In this document: positions 1 through 8,860 of the stretch, piece by piece
How positions within the stretch are numbered: position 1 is the first letter of the stretch
Layout: each line of letters begins with the position of its first letter
From: Nitrososphaerota archaeon
Lineage (GTDB): Archaea; Thermoproteota; Nitrososphaeria_A; Caldarchaeales; Calditenuaceae
Length of the DNA: 64,000 nucleotides
Direction of reading: 5' to 3'
NCBI GenBank assembly: GCA_038845265.1
Contig: JAWBQR010000002.1
Location: 65,150-129,149 of the forward strand
Translations under genes and position numbers: made by a program
Notes under the pieces: generated by a model
Database searches by the model: none
What the model saw: only the letters and a program-made list of their open reading frames with translations
Told to the model about the DNA's origin: nothing

Positions 1-364
1 CGCACCTCACCGCTGCTGTTAAGTAGCAGTTAAATAATCTAAGACCATCGTCGATGCTGATTGATTGCGGCTGGTTTGCCAATCCTGCCGAGTGGAGAGC
101 ATGCATAAGTGTCTCCCCGGAACCATCGCCGGTAAACATTCTGCCAGTTCTATTTCCACCATGAGCGGCGGGAGCGAGTCCAATGACTAATATCTGGGCT
201 TTAGGATCGCCGAAGCCTGGGAGAGGCCTGGCCCAGTATCTCTGTCCTAAGTATCTCTTAGGCGGATTCTTAGCGACCCTAGTTCTATGCTCGACGAGGC
301 GTGGACAGCGGGAACAATTAATGAGGCTTGAGTTTAACTCTTCGAGAGTATTAAACCTACTCAT
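1..364 (-). CDS. uracil-DNA glycosylase, 4Fe-4S family 4/5 type (N-terminal part only; gene runs off the window start)
   Basis: Own translation of the minus strand from ATG at 364: MSRFNTLEELNSSLINCSRCPRLVEHRTRV...ILVIGLAPAAHGGNRTGRMFTGDGSG. Has CxxC cluster ligands and a GLAPAAHGGNRTG motif as in family 5 UDG. No stop before position 1, so it is missing from the ORF track. Confidence 0.75.
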   Translation of the reverse strand, partial: MSRFNTLEELNSSLINCSRCPRLVEHRTRVAKNPPKRYLGQRYWARPLPGFGDPKAQILVIGLAPAAHGGNRTGRMFTGDGSGETLMHALHSAGLANQPQSISIDDGLRLFNCYLTAAVRC

Positions 365-366
365 GT

Positions 367-996
367 CTAGGGGGATGCCTTAACAAATGGGTTATAGAGT
401 TTTTCGATTCCCAACCTTGTCGTCTCGCCGTGCCCAGGCATAACCCTGACATCGTCATCCAAGACGTATATCTTCTCCCTGATAGAAACTATGAGTTGGT
501 TAAAGTCTCCTCCTAAGAAGTCGGTCCTGCCGACAGATCCTGCAAAGAGCGTATCGCCAGAAAATAAGACGTCATTTACGAGTAGACAAATGCTTCCAGG
601 ACTGTGCCCTGGAGTATGAAGAATCTTAACTCTATAGTCACCGAGACTTAGTTCGTCGCCTTCACCGATGAAATCGTCGGGATTGGGTGCATCGAATTTT
701 ATGCCAAGCCATCTTAGCGCTTGTCTCGGCGCCTCTTCAAGTATTGGGAGGTCATCCTTATGGATGAGAAACTTTGCACCAATAGCCTCTCTCACATCAT
801 CAACAGCTAGTATATGGTCAAAATGACAGTGAGTAGCTATTATTGCTTTAACATTCAATCCGGGTTCAAGCATTCTAAGAATCTTAGCCGGCTCATCTCC
901 AGGATCTATTATTATTGTCTCGTTAGTGTTCGTATCCATTAAGAGGTATGAATTTGTCGATAGTTCTCCTACGATGCTTCGCTTTACTCGTATCAT
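367..996 (-). CDS. MBL-fold metallo-hydrolase (glyoxalase II-like)
   Basis: THCHFDH metal-binding motif, then HTPGHSPGS, SGDTLF and PGHG. Confidence 0.85.
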   Translation of the reverse strand: MIRVKRSIVGELSTNSYLLMDTNTNETIIIDPGDEPAKILRMLEPGLNVKAIIATHCHFDHILAVDDVREAIGAKFLIHKDDLPILEEAPRQALRWLGIKFDAPNPDDFIGEGDELSLGDYRVKILHTPGHSPGSICLLVNDVLFSGDTLFAGSVGRTDFLGGDFNQLIVSIREKIYVLDDDVRVMPGHGETTRLGIEKLYNPFVKASP

Positions 997-1052
997 TCAG
1001 AAACCTACCTCTCACGATGCAATAATAATATGTCTGGACTCCTCATAAATGA

Positions 1053-1919
1053 TTATTCAGCGAGTCTCTTTACTATCTCTTTTATTCTCTTCTCAGCCTC
1101 ATGGACAAAGGTTAGGGGCTTTAATGCACCAATCTCTGAGACATACTCTGAGATGAGTGCAGGAGGCGTAGCCTCAAAGAGCCTATACCTCAGCTCGAAA
1201 TCGCCTTGAAGATAAGTTGTAAATTCAGGTCTCCAGGCTCCGATATGGTCAAGCTTGAATACATCGACAATACTTATAACTGGCTTTTTATCCTCGGCGA
1301 CCTTCGAGGCAAGAAATGTGCCAGACCTATTCACGAGCGAGCCATCTCTTAGAACAGCGTCGCATCCAATTAGGACGACGTCTGACACCTCAACCGCCTC
1401 AGCCAAAGCTGCATCTGGATAAACATTGACATTTATCCCAATACTTCTAAGCCTCTTCGCCATCAGTAGGCCATCAAATAAAGGCCAACCAGCGTTCACA
1501 ATAACTGATACGTCCTTGAGGCTTAAGAGAACCCTAAATACCTGAGAGCTATAACTTAGCGTGAAGATTCTTCTCATACCACGTATTCTCTCAACAGCTT
1601 TGGAGACAGCATTAGAGAGCGACTCGCTATAAATCTCCAGTAACCTCTCTGTCAAGTCTTTGAGTCTAGCTTTTGATCGTGGAGCAATCTGCAAGGCATC
1701 CCGGATCGTAGTGAGGAGATTGACTGGAAGTATTAATGATGGTCTCTCAAGGGCAATATTGATCATCGTTTCTAATAGCTTTACCTCGTGTTGGTATGTC
1801 GTGGGCTCTGCCTCCTTGGATAGAAGTTTGAGAACCCCTATGGCTATCTCTGAGGAGCCTGACTCGCTGTCAAATATTATTTCTCTAAGCCTCGATAATA
1901 ATGTAGTTTCACTGACCAT
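1053..1919 (-). CDS. eIF-2B alpha/beta/delta family protein (initiation factor 2B-like or ribose-1,5-bisphosphate isomerase-like)
   Basis: GCDAVLRDGSLVNRSGTFLAS core typical of the eIF-2B/MtnA family. ATG start; 11-nt overlap with the upstream dehydrogenase gene. Confidence 0.7.
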   Translation of the reverse strand: MVSETTLLSRLREIIFDSESGSSEIAIGVLKLLSKEAEPTTYQHEVKLLETMINIALERPSLILPVNLLTTIRDALQIAPRSKARLKDLTERLLEIYSESLSNAVSKAVERIRGMRRIFTLSYSSQVFRVLLSLKDVSVIVNAGWPLFDGLLMAKRLRSIGINVNVYPDAALAEAVEVSDVVLIGCDAVLRDGSLVNRSGTFLASKVAEDKKPVISIVDVFKLDHIGAWRPEFTTYLQGDFELRYRLFEATPPALISEYVSEIGALKPLTFVHEAEKRIKEIVKRLAE

Positions 1920-2934
1920 CTGGTATCAACAGAATCTTTCCGAAGTGCTTATTCGACTCTAGCCTGCGGTGAGCCTCTGCCGCCTGGCTCAGCTTGAATA
2001 CGCTGTCGATGATTACTCTTAGCCTATGCTTAGATACCAGTTCAAGCAGCTTCATGAGTTCTGCCTTGGTGCCAAGTCCGGAGCCTACTATTTTCTGCCT
2101 CTTCCTGTATAGTTCCCTCACGTTTATGGCGACGTCCTGACCCGTCGTCGCGCCCACAGTCACAAGCGTCCCGCCCGGTGCTAGAACCTTTAATGCCGTC
2201 GGCCAGAATGATGCTCCAGCATGTTCAAGAACAATGTCCACGCCCTTATTGTCAGTAGCTCTCATTACACCTTCGACCACATCCTCCCTTAATCGGTTTA
2301 TCACTAGGTCAGCTCCAAGCTGGTAGGCCTTTTCAACTTTTGAGTCATCGCTTACAGTCGTCACTACGTATGCGCCGCTCAGCTTCGCTATCTGTATCGC
2401 GGCATAGCCCACACCGCTTCCTCCCCCAACTATCAGCACCGACATGCCGGGGCCAATGCCCGCCGAAGAGACGAGGGCTCCCCAAGCAGTCGTAAAGTTT
2501 ACTGGGATCGCAGCGGCCTCCTGAAGCGTCATCGAGTCTGGGATCTTCAGCAGGCTCTTAGATGGGACTACGGCTTTCTCCGCGTATCCGCCCCAGATGT
2601 TCTGCCCAATCCTCTTCATGTTTTGGCATAAGTTCTCTCTTCCTGATACGCAGTAGATGCATCTGCCGCATCCGACTTCTGGATATACAACAACTCTGTC
2701 ACCGACTGAAAATGATGGATCGCCGGGCTTCTCCACTATGCCTGCTATGTCGCATCCAATCACTGCTGGAAGTGGCACCTTGTATAGGCCGGTCCTAATC
2801 CAGACGTCTATCCTGTTGACGCCGGCAGCCTCGACGCGTATAACAGAGTCTCCGGGACCAGGCACCGGCTCTGTAACCTCCTTATAAATAAGGGCTTCAG
2901 GACCACCTACATTCTCAATAACCGCCGCCTTCAT
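1909..2934 (-). CDS. zinc-type medium-chain alcohol dehydrogenase / quinone oxidoreductase
   Basis: GCGRCIYCVSGRENLC structural-zinc loop, GGGSGVGYAA Rossmann motif, GroES-like N-terminus. Confidence 0.85.
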   Translation of the reverse strand: MKAAVIENVGGPEALIYKEVTEPVPGPGDSVIRVEAAGVNRIDVWIRTGLYKVPLPAVIGCDIAGIVEKPGDPSFSVGDRVVVYPEVGCGRCIYCVSGRENLCQNMKRIGQNIWGGYAEKAVVPSKSLLKIPDSMTLQEAAAIPVNFTTAWGALVSSAGIGPGMSVLIVGGGSGVGYAAIQIAKLSGAYVVTTVSDDSKVEKAYQLGADLVINRLREDVVEGVMRATDNKGVDIVLEHAGASFWPTALKVLAPGGTLVTVGATTGQDVAINVRELYRKRQKIVGSGLGTKAELMKLLELVSKHRLRVIIDSVFKLSQAAEAHRRLESNKHFGKILLIPDGQ

Positions 2935-3045
2935 GGATTAGGAATGCATACCTATTGATTATAAATTTTCAGGTAGAACTTGCTGTATATCTACTTAGTA
3001 ATTTATGATAAGAAAATAGTTAAATTCAATGACTCCCAGTAAAAC

Positions 3046-4182
3046 ATGAGGGTGTATAAGAATTTGAAGACAACAGTATCCGTAATTAAGGCCGACGTCG
3101 GAAGTGTTGCTGGTCACTATAAGCCGCATGAGGAGATGCTGCGCCTAGCAAGGAGGAGGCTATGCGAGGCAAAAGAATCAGGCGTCATAAACAGTGGATA
3201 CGTACAGTCAATAGGAGACGACATATTGCTAATAATGACACACTCTAGGGGAGAGAATAACCCAGACATACATCAACTCGCATGGAACATATTCAAGGAA
3301 GTAACGGAAAAAATAGCCAAGCCCCTTAAGCTATATGCTGCAGGACAAGACCTACTCAGCGATGCATTCAGCGGCACCGTCAAGGGACTGGGTCCGGGAG
3401 TAGCTGAACTAGAATTTGAGGAGAGACGCTCAGACCCAGTCATTGTCTTCGCAGCCGACAAGACAGAGCCCGGGGCCTGGAACCTGCCGCTCTACAGAAT
3501 CTTTGCATCCCCAGAGAACACGGCCGGCCTAGTGATAGACCCAATACTTCATAAGGGCTTCATCTTCCAAGTACTAGACCTCCATGAAAACAAGGCCGTC
3601 GACCTAAAGATGCCTGACGAACTCTACAAACTGCTGGGACTAATAGGTACGCCCGGCCGCTACGTAATCAACAGGATATGGAGAGTACATGACGGAGAGC
3701 CAGCAGCAGCTACAAGCACGACACGTCTAAGCCTGATAGCTGGAAAATATGTCGGTAAGGACGACCCAGTCATGATTGTTAGGGCACAGGCGGGTTTCCC
3801 GGCCGTAGGCGAGATACTGAGTGCATTCGTTCCTCCAATAATTGTCAGCGGCTGGATGAGGGGCTCGCATAGGGGACCACTGATGCCAGTCTCCTTTAAG
3901 GCCGGACAGAACGTTGTATCATACTTCGATGGCCCCCCGAGAGTAATAGCGATGGGATGGCAGATAAGTAATGGCAAACTCATAGGTGTAGACGGCGAAG
4001 AGCCGGCAGACCTCTTCGCTGATCCTTTCTGGGAATACACAAGAATGAAGTGCGCCGAGATTGCGGTCTTCCTAAGAACCATGGGCGAATTCGAGCCAGC
4101 CCGCCTCGGAGAAGAAGAAATGGAATACACGACGCTCCCATCAATAATAGAGTCGCTAAAGGACAGATTCAAGAAAATATAG
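3046..4182 (+). CDS. fbp: fructose-1,6-bisphosphate aldolase/phosphatase (class V FBPase)
   Basis: N-terminus TVSVIKADVGSVAGH and overall length (378 aa) match the archaeal bifunctional FBP aldolase/phosphatase. Confidence 0.95.
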   Translation: MRVYKNLKTTVSVIKADVGSVAGHYKPHEEMLRLARRRLCEAKESGVINSGYVQSIGDDILLIMTHSRGENNPDIHQLAWNIFKEVTEKIAKPLKLYAAGQDLLSDAFSGTVKGLGPGVAELEFEERRSDPVIVFAADKTEPGAWNLPLYRIFASPENTAGLVIDPILHKGFIFQVLDLHENKAVDLKMPDELYKLLGLIGTPGRYVINRIWRVHDGEPAAATSTTRLSLIAGKYVGKDDPVMIVRAQAGFPAVGEILSAFVPPIIVSGWMRGSHRGPLMPVSFKAGQNVVSYFDGPPRVIAMGWQISNGKLIGVDGEEPADLFADPFWEYTRMKCAEIAVFLRTMGEFEPARLGEEEMEYTTLPSIIESLKDRFKKI

Positions 4183-4217
4183 AGATAACAGAACAAACTT
4201 TACTTGCTAGTACAGCC

Positions 4218-4231
4218 TTTTTTCTCAAAAA
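4218..4231. terminator. T6-CTC-A5 tract between convergent genes (candidate bidirectional oligo-T terminator)
   Basis: TTTTTTCTCAAAAA lies 36 nt after the fbp stop and 54 nt after the stop of the minus-strand small ORF. It gives a T-run on both strands. Confidence 0.4.
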
Positions 4232-4284
4232 TTGAAATTGATATTTACCGATCAGGCGTCGGGCTGAGCGTAGTCTCGATCTCG

Positions 4285-4461
4285 TTAGAAGTCTTCCTTG
4301 ATTATTGTCTTTCTATTATTTGCCTTGCATCGCTCGACTGCTTTCTCGATGGCCTGCCTAACGAGTGCATCGAGTCCTTGTAGTGCATCGCTGCTGAGCC
4401 TTATGCCCTCTGGAAGCAGTTCCCTAACCTTTGACTCCACTATAACTAATTCTCTCGGCAT
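4285..4461 (-). CDS. small histone-fold-like protein (DUF1931-like), 58 aa
   Basis: Own translation: MPRELVIVESKVRELLPEGIRLSSDALQGLDALVRQAIEKAVERCKANNRKTIIKEDF. AGGAGTGAT (Shine-Dalgarno-like) at 4467..4475 lies 5 nt upstream of the ATG. Below the 60-aa ORF-track cutoff. Confidence 0.55.
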   Translation of the reverse strand: MPRELVIVESKVRELLPEGIRLSSDALQGLDALVRQAIEKAVERCKANNRKTIIKEDF

Positions 4462-4565
4462 TTCTTATCACTCCTACCTAATAAGTAGGGGTTTTTTAGG
4501 TTTTCTAGGGCATTTTTTCCCATTATGGCGAGGTATTACCCACATATTTCCCTACTCTTAAAGAG

Positions 4566-5996
4566 CTATAAATCAAGCGTGTTAAGCAATGATGCCTGGA
4601 CTAGCCTACAATTTATGCCAGCATCCCTTATCAATTCATCGAATAATGAGGGCTTCTCAGAATGTATTGGTATTAATCTTTTTGGAGAGGCATTTCTAAG
4701 GATCTCTATGAGCTCTGACCTGCCAGCATGTCCAGATGCATGCACCTGCAAGCTCTTCATGCCAAGTATCTTTAACCAATTCTCTACACGCTGCCTATCT
4801 ATTTCCTGCTCCTCATTATGCGGCTCACTGGAGGAATATACAAAGATTGACCCCTCTACTGGTCTCACAAAGACGAGGTCAATAACGTCGTCAGGAGCAT
4901 TTATCACCATTACGTATCTGCTCTGCTCCCTCGATAGATCGACATCAAAGATAGGCTCGCATCTCCTTTCACGCAGCTGATCTATATAGCTTCGTTCCCA
5001 CCTGTCGTAGTCCTTCTCTAAATCTATGCTGCCGCTTCCCTTTCTCTCAACATATGCAACGACGTTTCCGCATCCCGGTAATAATTCATTTGGAAGCATC
5101 CCAACCTCATGAAAGACCTCAAGCATAGCAGCCATCCTCAGCGAGACTGCAGTAATCCTAGAGTTTTCTATCGCCGCCCTCGCTATTGAGATGAACCTGT
5201 CATAATCAGTTATTCCAGTCAGAATCACTATCAATCCATGCCTAGCCTCCCTGAATGTATCGACAAGTCTTAAATAGACATCATGCTCAGTTATGTCTTC
5301 TTTCTCGTCTATTCTTGTACCCTCGAGCATCAATGTATCCACGCCTTCACGTTGGATTGCCTCGGTGAATTCGTATGTAAACTGACTCTTAGGCCCATGA
5401 AGTCTCAGGTCTCCTGAATATGCGATGCTCCCCTCGGATGTATGGATTACGAAGCCATAAGAGCCAGGAACAGAATGGTCAACGTGTATAGGGATAATTC
5501 TAATCGAACCAATAATGATGGTCGAGCCGGTCCTGAAAGTCTCTATTCTCCTATCCCTGTCTAAAAATACGCGTTCCTCAACTGTTCTAGCAGACTTGGT
5601 TTTCTCACGTGTTTCTGCAATTTTAAGCGAACTCTCACCAATGTATATCGGTAAGTCATTCCGTATTAGGGATAAGTGTCCATAATGATCTATATGTGGA
5701 TGGCTAATAACTATTCCGAGGACATTAAGAGCAGGCGAATGCCTGAGTTTTTCCTCCACGAGTCCTAAAGGATCGAAGAGGCTCGTGTCGTAGATGTTTG
5801 AAACAGCAGGAATAGCACCGCATCTTAGCAACGATGCCAGGACTGAATATCTTTTTGGACGAAGATATCCGCCAAAATATTCGCGTCTTGCGGTAAAGCT
5901 TACGCCGAAGTCAATTAAGATTCCCTCTCCTCTCGCCTCGATGTAAAACTTATTTCCACCTATCTCGTTAACGCCGCCCAGCGGTATCAGTCTCAA
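4566..5996 (-). CDS. rnj: archaeal ribonuclease J (MBL / beta-CASP family)
   Basis: MRLIPLGGVNEIGGNKFYIE N-terminus and HPHIDHYGH motif; size is typical of archaeal RNase J. Confidence 0.8.
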   Translation of the reverse strand: MRLIPLGGVNEIGGNKFYIEARGEGILIDFGVSFTARREYFGGYLRPKRYSVLASLLRCGAIPAVSNIYDTSLFDPLGLVEEKLRHSPALNVLGIVISHPHIDHYGHLSLIRNDLPIYIGESSLKIAETREKTKSARTVEERVFLDRDRRIETFRTGSTIIIGSIRIIPIHVDHSVPGSYGFVIHTSEGSIAYSGDLRLHGPKSQFTYEFTEAIQREGVDTLMLEGTRIDEKEDITEHDVYLRLVDTFREARHGLIVILTGITDYDRFISIARAAIENSRITAVSLRMAAMLEVFHEVGMLPNELLPGCGNVVAYVERKGSGSIDLEKDYDRWERSYIDQLRERRCEPIFDVDLSREQSRYVMVINAPDDVIDLVFVRPVEGSIFVYSSSEPHNEEQEIDRQRVENWLKILGMKSLQVHASGHAGRSELIEILRNASPKRLIPIHSEKPSLFDELIRDAGINCRLVQASLLNTLDL

Positions 5997-6591
5997 AAAT
6001 TCCCGCCCTCAACAACGCATCTATCGTTACTTTCTTTATATTTTCTTGTACTTCTTCGACGGTCTGCTCACCGTCAATGCTGATCAATAATCCCTCCATA
6101 CACATTTTTTGATACAGCTCTCTTACCCTAGCTAATGTTTCAATTCTTTCGTATTTTGTTTTTCTTGTCATTTTTCTGCCGCTTAGACGCCTAAGTCCTA
6201 CCTCCGGTGAGACATCTACGTAGATAGCTATGTCTGGAGGTGGCACCCACTTATTTATGGCCTTGACCCAATCGATTTCCCCGGTCAGTGCTCCCTGATA
6301 AGCTATTGATGAGTAGACATATCTATCCGTCACTACTACGTATCCTCTGTCCAGCCTAGGCTTGATGTATCTATAGTAATGTTCAATCCTGTCAGCAGCG
6401 AATAACAGTGCGTCAACCCTGTGGTCTGAGTCTCCTGTTCTTAATCTCTTCTTTATCAGTCTTCCAAAAGGGCTATTTGTAGGCTCAGAGGTATAACATG
6501 CATTAATGCCGTTAGTCATAAGCCATCTTACTAGTTTCTTGGCCTGTGTTGTCTTTCCGGCACCATCAATTCCCTCAATCGCTATCAGCAA
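5968..6591 (-). CDS. tmk: thymidylate kinase
   Basis: IAIEGIDGAGKTTQ P-loop and DRY motif (TDRYVYSSIAYQ). Confidence 0.9.
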   Translation of the reverse strand: MLIAIEGIDGAGKTTQAKKLVRWLMTNGINACYTSEPTNSPFGRLIKKRLRTGDSDHRVDALLFAADRIEHYYRYIKPRLDRGYVVVTDRYVYSSIAYQGALTGEIDWVKAINKWVPPPDIAIYVDVSPEVGLRRLSGRKMTRKTKYERIETLARVRELYQKMCMEGLLISIDGEQTVEEVQENIKKVTIDALLRAGIFETDTAGRR

Positions 6592-6669
6592 TCCATTAAC
6601 TTCTCATAACAACTGAAATAATAGACTTCCTCTCCGCGTCGGTCTAGTTCATTCAAGAATAGATGCTTC

Positions 6670-6677
6670 TTTATAAA
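6670..6677 (+). promoter_or_regulatory. TATA-box-like element upstream of csl4
   Basis: TTTATAAA sits 31 nt upstream of the ATG at 6708. This supports the internal ATG rather than the ORF-track start at 6663. Confidence 0.4.
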
Positions 6678-6707
6678 TCGCCCCTAAGCAATAATTATAA
6701 GAAACAG

Positions 6708-7307
6708 ATGAGTGGCCCAGAGAATCGAAGGAGACTCGTCCTGCCGGGAGACAGGCTATGCGTGATAGAGGAATTCCTACCGAAGAGTGGAACAAGGGTG
6801 CTACCGACAGGAGACGTAATATCAACTACAATAGGACAGCCAGAGTATAACCATAAAAAACATGAGGTATCAGTCAAGAGCGTAAAAAACATCGAGAAGC
6901 TAAAGATAGGCGATATAGTATTGTGCGAGGTCCAGGATGCTCAGGAAAAATTGGCGGGATGCCTCATACTTGCTAAGAATGGCAAGAAATTAAAGAATGA
7001 GTGGAGTTGCGTAATTATTCAGGCACCCCCAACACTCACGGTCGGCGACCTAGTGCTTGCAAGGATAATAGAAGAAGTGTCTGGAACATATACAGTAACT
7101 ATAAACGAGCGTGGATTAGGTGTTGTATTGGCCTTTTGCGACAAGTGCGGCTCACAGCTCAGACATGGAAGATCAGGACTCTTCTGTAGCCGATGCAGAA
7201 AGACATATAGGAAAAAGGTGGTGCCCTACTATGGAAACATAAATAAGATCGTAGATATCTTAGGGCTACAATCAATACCCACATCGGTGAGCAGTAATGG
7301 AGGTTAA
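6708..7307 (+). CDS. csl4: exosome complex RNA-binding subunit Csl4
   Basis: LVLPGDRLCVIEEFLPKSGT N-terminal domain, S1-like middle and C-terminal zinc ribbon CDKCGSQL...CSRCRK. Start moved to ATG 6708 because the TATA box lies inside the longer ORF. Confidence 0.8.
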   Translation: MSGPENRRRLVLPGDRLCVIEEFLPKSGTRVLPTGDVISTTIGQPEYNHKKHEVSVKSVKNIEKLKIGDIVLCEVQDAQEKLAGCLILAKNGKKLKNEWSCVIIQAPPTLTVGDLVLARIIEEVSGTYTVTINERGLGVVLAFCDKCGSQLRHGRSGLFCSRCRKTYRKKVVPYYGNINKIVDILGLQSIPTSVSSNGG

Positions 7308-7581
7308 ACTGGCAGCAAGGGGTCCAAACTACATCGAGCTCGAGATCACTGGCGTAGACTTCGGCATCATTAGTAGCCTACAAGAAATACTAAACAATTA
7401 CGCCGACGTTGAGTATGCGGGCGCAAACCTTACACATCCCTTAATAGGCAAGATACGCTTCGTCCTCAGAACGAAGAACGAGACAAGCCCAGAAGACGTA
7501 TTAACAAGAGGTTTATCCGAACTTTCCCAGACAGCTAAAAATCTCAGAACAGTCATAAGTGAACTACTAAAATTAACCTAA
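7297..7581 (+). CDS. rpoL: DNA-directed RNA polymerase subunit L (Rpo11)
   Basis: 94 aa; IELEITGVDFGIISSLQEILNNYADVEYAGANLTHPL matches the RpoL/Rpb11 fold signature; sits in the usual csl4-rpoL context. Confidence 0.85.
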   Translation: MEVKLAARGPNYIELEITGVDFGIISSLQEILNNYADVEYAGANLTHPLIGKIRFVLRTKNETSPEDVLTRGLSELSQTAKNLRTVISELLKLT

Positions 7582-7669
7582 ACGCTAATAAGTGTAATAC
7601 TTCTCCATAATTCAAAAAAAGGTTTAATTCTGGGTGAATACCTAGCCAGCCAGAGAAGAAGGCTTGACG

Positions 7670-7999
7670 ATGGAGTTCTGTCCCAACTGCGGAAGCATAC
7701 TAACATTAGCGAAGAAATCGAAAAGAACAATACTAATATGTAAGAAATGCGGATACACAAAACAGACAGCAGAATTAGTCATAACTGTTAAGCAAAATAG
7801 AAAGGAGAAAAAATCTGTCGTAATGGTTGAAGAGGGTGAGGAATCAAATATACATCCCAAGACTACTGATGTTCAATGCCCCTCATGCGGAAATAGAGAG
7901 GCTTATTGGTGGAGCGTACAGACAAGGTCTGCAGACGAGCCGATGACACAGTTCTTCAGATGTACAAAGTGCGGATATACTTGGAGAGAATATGCGTAG
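7670..7999 (+). CDS. tfs: transcription factor S (TFS; RNAP subunit M-like)
   Basis: N-terminal zinc ribbon CPNCGS...CKKCG. C-terminal ribbon CPSCGN...QTRSADEPMTQFFRCTKCG with the acidic DE hairpin. Confidence 0.9.
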   Translation: MEFCPNCGSILTLAKKSKRTILICKKCGYTKQTAELVITVKQNRKEKKSVVMVEEGEESNIHPKTTDVQCPSCGNREAYWWSVQTRSADEPMTQFFRCTKCGYTWREYA

Positions 8000-8000
8000 A

Positions 8001-8732
8001 CTACTCAGATTTATCATAGATAATTATAGCAACTCTTTTACATCCTGGCGTCACGGATAGTCTCTCCCATGTTTCTTTTAAAGCAACGAGCGTGAATAGT
8101 CCTGCAACATGAGTCTTATGCCGCTCAAGAACCTTGAGGACCTCCCTCACAGGACTCAGGTTTAGAATAAACGAAGTAAAAATAACGATGCTGAGGTTCC
8201 TCTTGACCGTATCTGAGGGAAACCAAAGCCTCTCAGTTCTACTTGCCCCAACAGCTCTGTATGAGACCTCTAAGTATTCACCATCATGCCAGATAGGCTT
8301 ATCAAGAGCAAAGAAAAGCATACCCCCGATAAGGGAGGAAAAACAGGCAGCAAGAGGAATGCTAGGAATATCGAGCGCAAATGACGAATTAACACGCGTA
8401 CCCATAAAGGTATTCAGCGCATATGAAGCCAGTATCTTGAGGGTCTGGACGTCATGCGAGATGTGAACTCCCCCCTCAATATCTAAATCATTACCAAAAT
8501 ACTCCTCAACAATCCTCTTTGGGTCAACTATTTCTAAGCTCTTCTCAAGAATCTTCCTAGCATTTTTAGCCCGGGGAAGAGTCTTGCCAGTAACATACCT
8601 CGAAAGCGTCGATGCAGAGATAGAAGTAATTGATGATAATCTTCGATAATCATAATGATTCTTCAAAAATCTCAAAATATCAACTGCCGCTTGACTTAAA
8701 CCAAGGTTGAGGCTCTCTGCCCGTTTACTCAT
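8001..8732 (-). CDS. HTH protein with a degenerate phosphoribosyltransferase-like domain (paralog of 41119..41844)
   Basis: N-terminus FLKNHYDYRRLSSITSISASTLSRYVTGKTLP aligns with LLKKKYDYKLLSEMLELPPSILCRYVKGRVLP of the paralog. The PRPP loop VLIVDDLIRSGKT is replaced by SIVIFTSFILNLS. GAGGTGA Shine-Dalgarno at 8737..8743. Confidence 0.6.
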   Translation of the reverse strand: MSKRAESLNLGLSQAAVDILRFLKNHYDYRRLSSITSISASTLSRYVTGKTLPRAKNARKILEKSLEIVDPKRIVEEYFGNDLDIEGGVHISHDVQTLKILASYALNTFMGTRVNSSFALDIPSIPLAACFSSLIGGMLFFALDKPIWHDGEYLEVSYRAVGASRTERLWFPSDTVKRNLSIVIFTSFILNLSPVREVLKVLERHKTHVAGLFTLVALKETWERLSVTPGCKRVAIIIYDKSE

Positions 8733-8860
8733 CTAGTCACCTCACTGTTAATAATTATCCATGATAACGGCTCAGCAGCAGTATAAAGATTTTATCCATA
8801 AAAAAGAGAAAAATAATACCCGAAGGAATGTCTTAATAATAATTGAGTAGAAATATTAGT

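Noticed and set aside
183-383. 66-aa plus-strand ORF from the track
   Set aside because: It lies entirely antisense to the much better supported open-ended uracil-DNA glycosylase reading frame (1..364, minus strand). It has no recognisable motifs.
4298-4980. Plus-strand ORFs 4298..4561 and 4525..4980
   Set aside because: They are low-complexity Ser/Leu-rich translations antisense to the small histone-fold ORF and to RNase J. Typical shadow ORFs of an A-rich coding strand.
7290-7307. Csl4 ends in ...SSNGG, which looks like a ubiquitin-like Gly-Gly C-terminus that could have been the missing carrier for the JAMM/CysM pair
   Set aside because: The protein is a full-length Csl4 (S1 domain plus zinc ribbon), not a beta-grasp protein, and it lies 40 kb away. 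Its tail overlaps the rpoL start, so the GG is most likely coincidental.
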